A stretch of 64,000 nucleotides of DNA from Octopus vulgaris. Lineage: Eukaryota. The notes under the pieces were generated by a model. That model was not told the DNA's origin, ran no database searches, and saw only the letters and a program-made list of their open reading frames with translations. Both the position numbers and the translations under genes were made by a program. Of this stretch, positions 52,711 through 64,000 are shown in pieces. Positions within the stretch are counted from its first letter, which is position 1. Each line of letters starts with the position of its first letter. Location: NCBI GenBank assembly GCA_951406725.2, contig OX597820.1, positions 16,368,001 through 16,432,000 of the forward strand, written 5' to 3'.

Positions 52711-53438
52711 TCCCTCTTAATGTTGTCCAGAAGAAAGGCTGCTGCTTTTAGAGCCGCTACAGCTTGGCAGCTTTGTTGGGGTCCGTTTGCAACACTCAAG
52801 GGATTCTGTAGGACTTGAATGGCTATATATCTGTACTAGATTGTGCAGGCCTGAGCAAGATTCTTTTGTGCAAGACAGGAAGTTGCTTCTGCATGCATGC
52901 CTCCTTTCTCGATGTTGTCCAGAGAAGAGGCCAGAGTTTTTAGGGCCGCTACAGTTGGAACTGGTGTCGTCGCAGACGTTGCTGTCAGAAAGCAAATACC
53001 TGGAGCAAATACCGCACGGGTTTCTCGACTGATCCTCAAACAGTTCCACCAACTCATGTCTTGGATTCATACATTTTTATTGACCCCTAAAAGAATGAAA
53101 GGCAAAGTTGGCTTCAACGGGATTTGAACTCAGAGTTCAGAGAATCGTAACAAACAACGCGACACGTTCTGTTCCACGCTCTAACGATTCCACTAATTCG
53201 CCGTCCTGCAATGGTAACTGACTCAATGAGTGGACAAACGAGCCAACAAGGGATCCTTCGTGCGGTCGCTCGAGCAACTAAAACGTGGAGAAGGGGTTTC
53301 TAGGATTCCAGAGTAAAGAATTAAAGGATCTCAAGGGAGAAATTTTATATAGATTTAAAAATACATTATCCTTATTTTTCCCTGTTTTTGCTAGATTTTA
53401 TTACAGAATTTAAAGATGCTAATGTTAAATGTATATAA

Positions 53439-54185
53439 GGCGGCGAACTGGCCGAATCGTTAGCGCACCGGGAAAAATGCTTAGCGGCATTTCGTCCATC
53501 TTTACGTTCTGAGTTCAAATTCCGCTGAGGTCGACTTCGCCTTTCATCCTTTCGGGGCTGATAAATTAAGTACCAGTGAAACACTGGGGTCGATGTAATT
53601 GACTTAATCCCTTTGTCTGTCCTTGTTTGTCCCTTCTGTGTTTAGCCCCTTGTGGGCAATAAAGAAATATGAAACGCTAGCACGCCGGGAGAAATGTTTA
53701 GCGGTATTTCGTCCATCTTTACATTCCGAATTCAAATTCCGCTGAGGTCGACTTTGCCTTTCATCCTTTTGGGGTTGATAAATTAAGTACCAGTGAAACA
53801 CTGGGGTCGTTGTAATCGACAAGCCCCTCCCCTCAAAATTTCAAGCCGTGTGCCTTTAGTAGAAAAGAATCATTAGCGGGTCGGGAAAAATTGCTTTGCA
53901 GCATTTTTTCAGATTCATAAAGTTCAGAGTTCAAATCTCGTACTGATCGACTTTGCCTGTCACCAATCGAGTATTGGGGTATTGATGGTATTCGACTAAC
54001 CCCCACCTCCTCAAAATTGCTGGCCTTGCGCCAAAATTAGTAACTATAATTTCTAGCTTTAGAGGTAAGCTAGAACAATCATTAGAGTGCTGGAAAACGT
54101 GCCCTACCTTAATTCCCGGGGTCGAAGACATCGACTTGCTCCTCCCACCTAAAATTGTTGGCTCTGAGCGAGAATTAGAAAGAAA
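53439..54185 (+). mobile_element. SINE-B array with diverged downstream copies
   Basis: The tail-1 unit joins TGAAACGCTAGCACG of a tail-2 copy near 53670. Confidence 0.85.
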
Positions 54186-54192
54186 TGTTAAA

Positions 54193-54234
<42 letters not shown>

Positions 54235-54378
54235 AAAAAGGAGATGTGGAACACGAGTTGTGATATATAAAAAGGAAATGAAGAAAATGCTGACAAAATA
54301 ATTTAAGTAATTTAAGTAATTTAATTAGGTGAAAGTTCTTTTTACCGGTTAAGAGAGCATTTGTTATGCTTATCAGAA

Positions 54379-54472
54379 AGATGCTTTTTAAAACAGAGAT
54401 AGAGTTCATTTCTGATAGATTTTGAGGAAAAAATCTATCAGAAAGGAACTCTATATCTCTTAAAAAACATCT
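54379..54472. repeat. Imperfect palindrome with arms of about 45 bp
   Basis: AGAGATAGAGTTCATTTCTGATAGATTTT / AAAATCTATCAGAAAGGAACTCTATATCT. Confidence 0.8.
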
Positions 54473-54692
54473 AAGAAAATGGAGGAGAACAATAGTTGGT
54501 TCATCAACTTTAGGACATTAAAAATGTTAACTTATTTATTTATTAAACTGATAATTATAATAACATACATATAGCATATTCTATACATATAAGATAAGGA
54601 TGCAAGTAATTATCATCCCTTAGTGGGTTGGATTCACAACTCCTAACTTTCTTGGAGGTATATATATATATATATAGATATATATATATATA

Positions 54693-55066
54693 TCTTTATA
54701 TATCAAAGAGAAGTTGTGTGTCTGGCTCCTACGATTTAGATTCCTAACTACTCCCACATTTTGCGGTGCAGTTTAACCAAAACCGGGTATCTTATAGTCG
54801 TGATTCATATCGAGCCCTTCTGGTATTAGCGCGCGTCTATGATGAGTCTACGATTTAAAAAAAAATTTACCATCATTTTTTTCCATTTTAATGCATTTTT
54901 TCGCTATTATATAAGGGAAGTAACTCTCTAAAAATGTCTACGATGAGTCAACGATTTTTAAAAAATTTACCATCATTTGTTTTCCATTTTTAATGAATTT
55001 TTTGCTATTTTTTGGCTATAACTCTCTAAAAATGATTATATAGTTATTTCCCTTACAAACCTGCGA

Positions 55067-55067
<1 letters not shown>
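54693..55067 (+). mobile_element. Possible non-autonomous Helitron in (TA)n
   Basis: 5' A|TCTTTATATATCAAAG start, internal tandem duplication of about 100 bp, and a CTAG-like end (CGAG|T); the 3' hairpin is absent. Confidence 0.4.
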
Positions 55068-55127
<60 letters not shown>

Positions 55128-55514
55128 ATAATTCATTTTCATTCAAGATTTCTTGCCAATAGAGAAAGAACTGGTTTCTAAACTAGATCCAAGGGTCATT
55201 GATTGGAATTTCAACAACATCAACAGGGTATTTTTGTATGTATGTATATGTTCAGATGTGTGTGTGTGTGTCTGTGTGTGTCTGTTGTGTATGTCTGTGT
55301 GTGTGTGTCTGTGTGTGTGTATGTGTGTATCTGTGCCTGTGCACACGATAGGCTTCCGCACAGTTTCAATCTACCAGATTTACTCACAAGGCATTGATCG
55401 GCGCCGGGGCTATAGTAGAAGACAATTTCCTAAGGTGCCGCGTATTGGGACTGAGCCTGAAATTACATTGTTGCCAAGCAAGCGTCTTAACCACATAGCC
55501 ATGCCGGCACCTGC

Positions 55515-56650
55515 GGTTTCTAACATGGGCTTGAAAACTGGGGGGGGGGGATGTGTTAGTCGATTAAATCGATCCCAGTACTCGACTGCTACTTATTTTA
55601 TCGACCCTGAGAGGATGACGGGCAAAGTCGACCTCGGCGGAATTTGAACTCAGAACGTAAAGACAGACGAAATGCTGCTAAGCATTTTGTCCGACGTCCT
55701 AACGATTCTGCCAGCTCGTCTACTGTAACTGAAATAAATCTTTCTAATCTAGGTGTAATTTTGAGGGAAGGGGCTAGTCGCTACCATCGACCTCAATTCT
55801 TGTTTGGTGTTTTATTTAATTGAACCCGAAAGGATGAAAAATAGAATTAACCTCGGAGGGAGTTGAACTCAGAATATAAGGAGTCGTAGGAAATACTGTA
55901 AGTCATTTTCTCCGACACTCTATCGATTCTGACAGCTATTCACCATCTGATATAAACACATGGCCAGCAAATTTGAGGGATGTCGTTAGTTGCTACCATC
56001 GACCCGAATACTTGACTGTTATTTTATTTTATCGACTGCGAAAGAAGAAAAAACTAAGTTGACCACGATGTAATTTGAACTCGAAATGTAAAGAACCAGA
56101 ACAAATACTGCAAAGCGTTTTACCACTGCTCTAACGTTTCTGCCAACTCAGTCTATTGTGTTAGAAATCTTTGACGGGGTTAGCAATATTTTAGTGTGAG
56201 GAGGAGTCGATTACATCGACCCCAGTTCCTTCTCAAGCCATGCCTGGCTCATAGGGCCGGTTTCCCGGTTTCCTTGGCGTATAGGTTCCCCACCTGGACG
56301 GGACGCCGGTCCGTCGCAGGTGAGCTGCAAGATGCAGGAGGAAAGAGTGAGAGAAAGTTGTGGTGAAAGAGTCAGCAGAAGTTTGCCATTACCTTCTGCC
56401 GGAGCCGCGTGGAGCTTAGGTGTTTCACTCATAAACACACACATCGCCCGGTCTGAGATTCGATCCCGCGATCCCCCGACCGCGAGTCCGCTGCTCTAAC
56501 TACTAGGCCATGTGCCTCCACTATATCGACTCCAGTGTACAACTGGCACTTGTTTTAACGACGTCGGAAGGATGAAAGGCAAAGTCAAGCTCGGTAGAGT
56601 TTGAACTCAGAATGTTAAGACGGATGAAATGGCGCTAAGCATTTTATCTG
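55515..56650 (-). mobile_element. Old SINE-B cluster with a SINE-C (56225-56521) nested in it
   Basis: SINE-C is flanked by TACATCGACCCCAGT and TATATCGACTCCAGT, a duplication of SINE-B sequence. Confidence 0.85.
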
Positions 56651-57492
56651 GCGAATTGTGCTGGAAATAGTAACAACCCAATCGTCCTCAAATTACAACC
56701 CTTGTCTTTAAGAAGGACAATGTAGTGCTACTACAAAAAAAAAAAGGATGGAATAATTGTACAACATTTGATCATTGATCTCAATCAGAGATTGTGTGGA
56801 ACTTTTTATTCATTTATCTATTTGCGTCAACGATCTGGGAAAAAGTTTGCGAAATTGGATATGTTCTAATGTCTTGGGGGAACGTGAATACTAACGTTTC
56901 AAATAAATCCCACCTTCGGAAAGATAACAATTTTAAAATTATTTTCCCCTTATTTCTCTCTGAAGAACGGAGCGGCCTTGCTTTCATTATCCGAACTCAT
57001 TTTTCCCCAGAATATTCGAATCTAATTTACGAATATTACTGAATTATTTTTGGTCGAAGCAAACAATTACTAGTTTCTCCAGAATCTGGTTTTCATTTAT
57101 TAGAAAGAATAAGTCTAGACTATTTTTATTATATCTAAGTCTGTGCTTCATATTTTGGCATTCGAACAAACAAATAAAGACATAAATATATAAGCAAATA
57201 CAGCCGGCTTAAGGGCAAAACCACGATTCCTACCCATGTACCAATACAAACGAATAAATAAATAATAATATAACTAATGTAAATATTAATGATATTATAA
57301 ATAAATAAATGCTAATATACTAGACTAATAAATAATATTCTTTTCCTGCCAAAGGATGGCTTAACACCACGCTAGGCTTTGATGCCTACGCTTTTGAGTA
57401 ATAACTAAGCAACGAAGAGAAAAAAAGACAACACTAGACAGACAAGTTTTAATAAATGTTGTATTAGTGTAACGCTTAAAAAAAGGAAAGAG

Positions 57493-57528
57493 TCTTGACG
57501 TTTCGGACGCTAGTCCCTCATCAGAAGA
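57493..57528 (-). ncRNA. Minimal type I hammerhead ribozyme (Penelope type)
   Basis: UCUU-CUGAUGA-G-GGAC-uagc-GUCC-GAAA-CG-UC-AAGA: canonical core, fully paired stems I and II, palindromic ACGU stem III, GUC triplet. The downstream AGCGTTACACTAATACA is shared with the 22311 family. Confidence 0.8.
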
Positions 57529-57729
57529 ATTTGCGTGGTATATTTATATAGATTCAATCGTCTTATTTTCCCTCTTGTGGTTAATAGAAAAACTCGCCGG
57601 GACCATCATTCACCATCACCACCACCATTATCATCATCATCATCCTCATCATCATCATCATCATCATCATCATAAGTCAGCTGTGTTGATGGACATTCTG
57701 CTGAGACACAGCAGAGCCATCTTTGTATA

Positions 57730-59745
57730 AATGGACATTACCTTTATACTATCAGAAATCGTCATGGTCAGCACTGCGCTGCAGGAATATGAGATAAGAA
57801 AAGCATGTATTATAGTGGACAAGTTTGTGGGTTTGCAGCTTAGCATCTGGAGAAATAAATCCGTCGTCCGTCAGCGCCTGTCACTGTACTGGTTAAAGAT
57901 TTTGAGAGTCTGGTTCGGTCCAAATCTTCAGATGGAGATGAACCAGGGTAGAATTGATGTAAAGAGGAATCTTTCCCTGAAGGGTCACTACTGCTATAGG
58001 TTACTATTTCACCATCATACTTTGACCTGGCTGCATCTGACTAAATTTGAACGTCCGTTGCTTTGCTCCTTGCTCGAACTCTCTCTACGCAAAGTGGTCG
58101 GTATGATGCGGCTAATGATGTGCATCGACAGAGTTTACTAATGAGAAACTATGGTCGCGTTTTATCAGATGCGTCTTCAAATAGTTGGTCTTTCTGGCAG
58201 ATTCACAGTACTCAGTCAAGCATATACTAATATTTAGCGCTCGATAGCTGAAACGTTTTCCTGTGTCGTAGCTATTTAGCTATTCGTGTTATTCGGTCGG
58301 TTGAAGGTTAATACATACAATTTATAAAAGATTAATAATGGACAAGAGCGATGACGTTCTCGATGAGTTTTTAGCCTTCGACGAAGACCTGCTAAGCAGT
58401 TTATTCTGGATGACTATGGAAAACTTCCAGAAATCTCTGAAGGGCAATGTTAGTGGGATACTTTGCCAATTTGGGACAAACTCAACAGGCATGAGACTAC
58501 CATCAATCGGAAGTGATCAAGATACGAGCAGAGAGCGAAATCGTTCTACACGCATTTGTTTAGTATACGAGCACTGATGACTTGTGGTATTTTGTCAAAT
58601 AGCTGTTATTTCATGTAGGACAGATCCGGCCATCAGCCGATGTTGTGCAAATAGTCCTACCGCATTAATTTTCTATGTCGGAAAAGCAAATAAGTTCCTT
58701 CAGTGTGGTGGTTATAACGAAAGAGGTTGTATGTTTGAGAACACTGAGAGCAATAAGAACAGACACTTCCTTCTTCAAGCAAATCCTAACCAACTTCTAC
58801 AAATACCTATTTCTTTACTAGCCACAGGGGGCTAAACATAGAGGGGACAAACAAGGATAGACAGAGGGATTAAGTCGATTACATCGACCCCAGTGCGTAA
58901 CTGGTCCTTAATTTATCAACCCTGAAAAGATGAAAGGCAAAGTTGACCTCGGCGGAATTTGAACTCAGAACGTAACGACAGACGAAATACCTATTTCTTT
59001 ATTACCCACAAGGGGCTAAACACAGAGGGGACAAACAAGGACAGACATAGGTATTAAGTCGATTACATCGACCCCAGTGCGTAACTGGTACTTAATTTAT
59101 CAACCCAGAAAGGATGAAAGGCAAAGTCGACCTCGGCGGAATTTGAACTCAGAACGTAACGGCAGACGAAATACCTATTTCTTTACTACCCACAAGGGGC
59201 TAAACACAGAGGGGACAAACAAGGACAGACAAACGGATTAAGTCGATTATATCGACCCCAGTGCGTAACTGGTACTTATTTAATCGACCCTGAAAGTATG
59301 AAAGGAGAAGTCGACCTCGACGGAATTTGAACTCAGAACGTAACGGCAGACGAAATATGACTACGTAATTCGCCCGGCGTGCTAACGTTTCTGCCAGCTC
59401 GCCGCCTTCTACAAATACCATTTGAAGGGGAAGATGAAGATAGACAATGAGATGCTAAGTTCCATTAAATATTTTGGGACGTGTAGGAAAGCGGCAAGCA
59501 TGGATTGGGTGAAAGGGTCTCTCTTAGTTAGTGCCCATAGGCCCCTTGAGAACACAGCTGGGAAAAGAAAATTGCCCTCAATAGACCGGGTAATCCTGGA
59601 TCTAAGGGGATTCTTCGTTGACCTTTGTTCTCCGAGTCTCCACAATGTAATTTTAATTTTTTGTATTTTTTGTATCTTTCTTTTACTTCTTTGAAGTTTG
59701 TTTTTGTAATGTCATCAAATCCGTTGCTCTCATTGCAAAATAAAT
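57730..59745 (+). mobile_element. Highly decayed Tx1/L1-like ORF2 C-terminus and 3' UTR, interrupted by SINE-B
   Basis: VGLQLSIWR..LKILRVWFGPNLQMEMN..RNLSLKG and HLKGKMKIDNEMLS; T-rich 3' UTR ending AAATAAA. Confidence 0.55.
58808..59405 (-). mobile_element. SINE-B trimer with 14-bp TSD
   Basis: CTTCTACAAATACC at 58794-58807 and 59406-59419 (GGTATTTGTAGAAG in element orientation). Confidence 0.92.
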
Positions 59746-59854
59746 TGTCGTTATCATTATTGTTATGATTATAAGCCTACTAGATGGGTCAATAGTACGT
59801 GTGGCTGTTGGGAGCAGAGAGCCGAGTGTCACCTGTGCGAGAATACAAACTATC

Positions 59855-60372
<518 letters not shown>

Positions 60373-61045
60373 TTCAATATTTTTTTCTTACCCACTGTTT
60401 ACACATTTTAAAACCCGTTGTATCGTCCTGTATTGTCATTTCCTGTTGTTTTATGTAAGCCCCTTGTGGCTAATAAAGAATTAATCATTACTAGTATTAT
60501 TACTAGTATTAGTAGTAGCAGTTGTGGAAGTAGTGGTAGTAGTCGATAATCCGATTGTTTAGAGTGGTGATCCTATTTCGATCCGTCTCTGCGATAACGA
60601 TCAAGAAAAGCGTTAAATGGAAGTTCTGCCAGGAAATCATGTCACAGCTTGTATTGTTTCCTCGACTTGGCTAAACCCAACACTGCTTTCATTAAAGTTC
60701 CGGTTATAATATTTATGAAGGTGACGGTAATGGTTGCAGCGGTGGCGGTGGTGGTGCTGGCAGTAGTGATGGTAGTGGTGGTAGTGGCAGTGGCAGTGGC
60801 AGTGGCAATGGTGATGTGTACTGGTAGGGCGGTGGTGATGTTGGCGGTGGTGATGTTGGCGGTGTTGGTGGTAGAATTGGCAGTGGTGTTGTATATCGGT
60901 AGTGATAATAATTTTTGTGGTGGTTACCATTTAGGAGAGGCTAGCGGTTGTTGTTGTTGTTTAGTTCTAGTGGTCAATCCGAGCATAGCCATCCCTTCTT
61001 TATTTTAACGGGAACAGTTTGCCTTAGGATACATTATTTAAACTA

Positions 61046-61610
61046 TTGGGTTGTCCGGAAAGTTCTTGCCGATTTTTAAAGGAAAGAAAAAGGTTAATAA
61101 ATACTTGCCATTACATTTTTAATCAACCAAATATGAACCATTTTGTTGCACAATGCGTCTCCATCTTTCCTTTAACTTGAAAATACCCTCTTCCCAGAAT
61201 TCAGGTGGTTTCATGGCAAAGAATTCATCAAGGTATCTTTTTACGTCATCCAAGGAATTGAAATTTTTACCATTAAGACTATTCTGCAGAGACTTGAATA
61301 AGTGGAAATCCGAAGGAGCAATATCTGGTGAATATTGAGGGTAGGGTAACACATCCCAGCCGAGCTGCAGCAATTTTTGTCTGGTTCCCAAAGCATCAAG
61401 TGCCGAAACTGGACTTTCTTATCTTCCATTTTAAAGGGTTACAGAATTAACACAGGTTATAGGAACATAAACTTCTTCCATGAAAAGATAGCTTAAACTG
61501 TGCTCTAAATGGAGGTGTAGTCAAATCCTATTTTATGGACTCAGCCATGTTCTAAAATAAGTCGAAAGGTAAGCTACTATAAATCGGCACGAACTTTCCG
61601 GACAACCCAA
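61046..61610 (-). mobile_element. Internally deleted mariner (same family as 47359) retaining the transposase C-terminus
   Basis: Same TIRs and TA TSDs; MEDKKVQFRHLMLW is joined out of frame to TRQKLLQLGWDVLPYPQYSPDIAPSDFHLF..GSYLVD*. Confidence 0.95.
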
Positions 61611-62270
61611 TATTTTTAAGCACAGTAGAGCTTGTAACCACAGTAGACAAATAATTGGTTAGTATTGTCAAGTTTTGTAATTTGCTTAGTTCATAAGCAC
61701 CGGTATAGGAACGAGAATCAAATAGCCGTAAACTGTGAATTTCCATCTCGCCGTAGCAGAAGCACAAACAATAGCAGAAAGTAGGAGGAGGAGTAACAAC
61801 ATCAACTGTGATCCCGCAGCGATGGAATCAATTGTGTCTCCCCGTTTATTTTAATCGCAATATATATGAGAAAAAAAAACGGACGATTTCTCATTAAACT
61901 CATGGCGGTTTTTAATTATTTAAACAAATATACAGCATTTGTTATATATTTATTAGGAGTTCAGTACACGGCAAGTATGTCAAGCAAGTTGATTCATTTC
62001 ACTGTAGTTTGGCTGCTATTTCTAGCGTGTAAAGCCATGGTATAGAAATTCTTTTGCCAGTTGAGGGTCTTAGGTTGGACACAAATATATCCAAAATAGA
62101 AAATCTTCAGCACATCTCGAGACACGTGTGATTCGAACTAGAAACTTTCTCAGAGTGAGAGAGTCCGGAAGTGAACACTATTGAATTTACATCTAATATA
62201 GGATAAAATGTTTCGAAAAAATTCTATCAATGGCCAGCATATTAAAAAATACATTTAAAGGTTAAATTCA

Positions 62271-62421
62271 TAAATAACTTATAAAATAAAGGCAAAAGAA
62301 AAATTTAATGCCAAATATGCCGAAAATAGACAAATTGTCAATAACCATTATGACAATTTGTCTATTTTCGGCATATTTGGCATTAGAATTTTTTCTTTTG
62401 CCCATATTTTATAAGTTATTT
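62271..62421. repeat. Palindrome with arms of about 69 bp
   Basis: TAAATAACTTATAAAAT..GCCAAATATGCCGAAAATAGACAAATTGTCA / TGACAATTTGTCTATTTTCGGCATATTTGGC..ATTTTATAAGTTATTTA. Confidence 0.9.
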
Positions 62422-62427
62422 ATACAC

Positions 62428-62515
<88 letters not shown>

Positions 62516-62767
62516 CAACAATAATAAGGATTATTAAGAAGTGGCATAGCATTACCTTTAATTCTTTTAATACATATACAGCTTTACATAGACCTACACA
62601 TGTTTCAACTGCAACGATTAGTGACAGTTGCAATTGGAACCCTATTATAATACCGGTGCCGTTTCTTCAGGGTCCTTACTTAATATCCTTCGATTTAAAT
62701 GTTTAAAGTTTTTCGTTATATCTACTCTACGTTGTATGAAGTAAAGTTCTTCGCTAAGTCATATATA

Positions 62768-62868
<101 letters not shown>

Positions 62869-63579
62869 TATATAACTATACATATATATATATATATATA
62901 CATACATACATATATATACATACACATACATACATACATACATACATACATACATACATACATACATACATACATACATACATACATGTAAGTATCTAGA
63001 GTGTGGTAAAATTAGTCTAGAGGACTGATACTTTAACAATGGTGTAGGGTGTGTGCTGCCCGGCTGGCCTTTAGGTTGGCTATTCACCCACACTCCACTT
63101 CCGCCCCTATACATGCTTATATGGCAAACCCCCAAAATGCAACTACTATAACAGCGCCCTTCCTCCTCACTTGAATATGCTACTGTATTTTGTACATTCA
63201 TAGATAATAAAAAAACGCTTCTGGGATCAAATATGTATACCAGTGGCGTACGGTGGTCTCTGTATTGGAAAGACTGATGCCTCGTTCGGCCCACACACGT
63301 GTCCAAAGTCTGCCAATACATACAACATCTTTTGACCACCAAGTGTTGAGGTGCATCCCTTGATCAAGTTTGCATACATGAAGCTGATAACATCATAAGA
63401 CTTGGAAGGCAGCTCCTTGAGCAACACTCTTTGTCTGATAACCTAAAATATATGCCCAAAGACGTCGCACGACTCTACTGCATCATATCATGAGATGAAA
63501 GGACGAGACTGTATGAGTAGAAGACTAAGCATGGATATGTTAGTAGAAAACTCTTTGATGATAGTAACATTGATTATCA

Positions 63580-64000
63580 AAGCAGTTTATCATGGACGAA
63601 GAGCCAGATTATTACCTCCCACTTTCAATCCAGGAACAGGAAATATTAACCAAGCACCTGATGCACAAAAGGGATACAGATGCGGGAAAAGCCGTAAAAT
63701 GTGACAACCGATGCAGACTTTGTGGAGTTCACACTAAAGATATCACCCTCATCATAAGCAGTTGTCCGAAAATGTATTATCTACCGATGAGACATGACGT
63801 AGTTAGGACACTCTATGGAGAAATCCGTCGGAAGGATAATCCCGAGAACAAAGAAATAAAACCCCACAATATGGTAGAAGCCATAGCCACTCATAATGAA
63901 AAGGATGTACCAGTAGTGGAATATACCAGTGAAGACCTCAATAAAATGTAAGCACAACAGGCCTGACATAATGATTTGGGATGGAGAAGAGAAACTGTGC
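63580..64000 (+). mobile_element. REL-type (R4-like) retrotransposon fragment running off the window end
   Basis: IQEQEILTK..CDNRCRLCG..DITLIISSCPKM..YYLPMRHDVV, then after a frameshift WNIPVKTSIKCKHNRPDIMIWD. Confidence 0.8.

Noticed and set aside
60637-61008. His-rich (minus) or Val-rich membrane (plus) protein
   Set aside because: Degenerate (GTG/GTA)n trinucleotide tract with no splice or motif support.

Overview
AT-rich, repeat-saturated eukaryotic intergenic/intronic DNA. The SINE families and microsatellite load point to a coleoid cephalopod (Octopus-like); this is recognition, not a database result. I can support no intact host protein-coding gene: nearly all ORFs in the track are translated microsatellites or SINEs. 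The window holds (1) four tRNA-derived SINE families, labelled here A-D; (2) non-LTR remnants: a nearly intact 5'-truncated R4/Dong-like RT-REL element inside (TAA)n, three other REL fragments, an RTE 3' end, a decayed Tx1-like ORF2, and a complete ORF1-only Tx1/L1-like element with a 15-bp TSD; (3) Tc1/mariner derivatives; (4) Penelope-type pLTR fragments carrying at least six minimal hammerhead-ribozyme motifs; (5) five long palindromes and a perfect 4 x 271-bp tandem duplication. Two observations stand out. The first is an apparent target-specific retrotransposition system: an ORF1-only LINE and SINE-B share a ...GAAATA 3' end and insert at RG(T/A)A-like sites, notably inside SINE heads, so SINE-B builds nested tandem arrays. 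The second is the hammerhead set, including a family in which core position A6 is replaced in every copy that retains the core. Boundaries of diverged repeats are approximate (about 10-20 bp).
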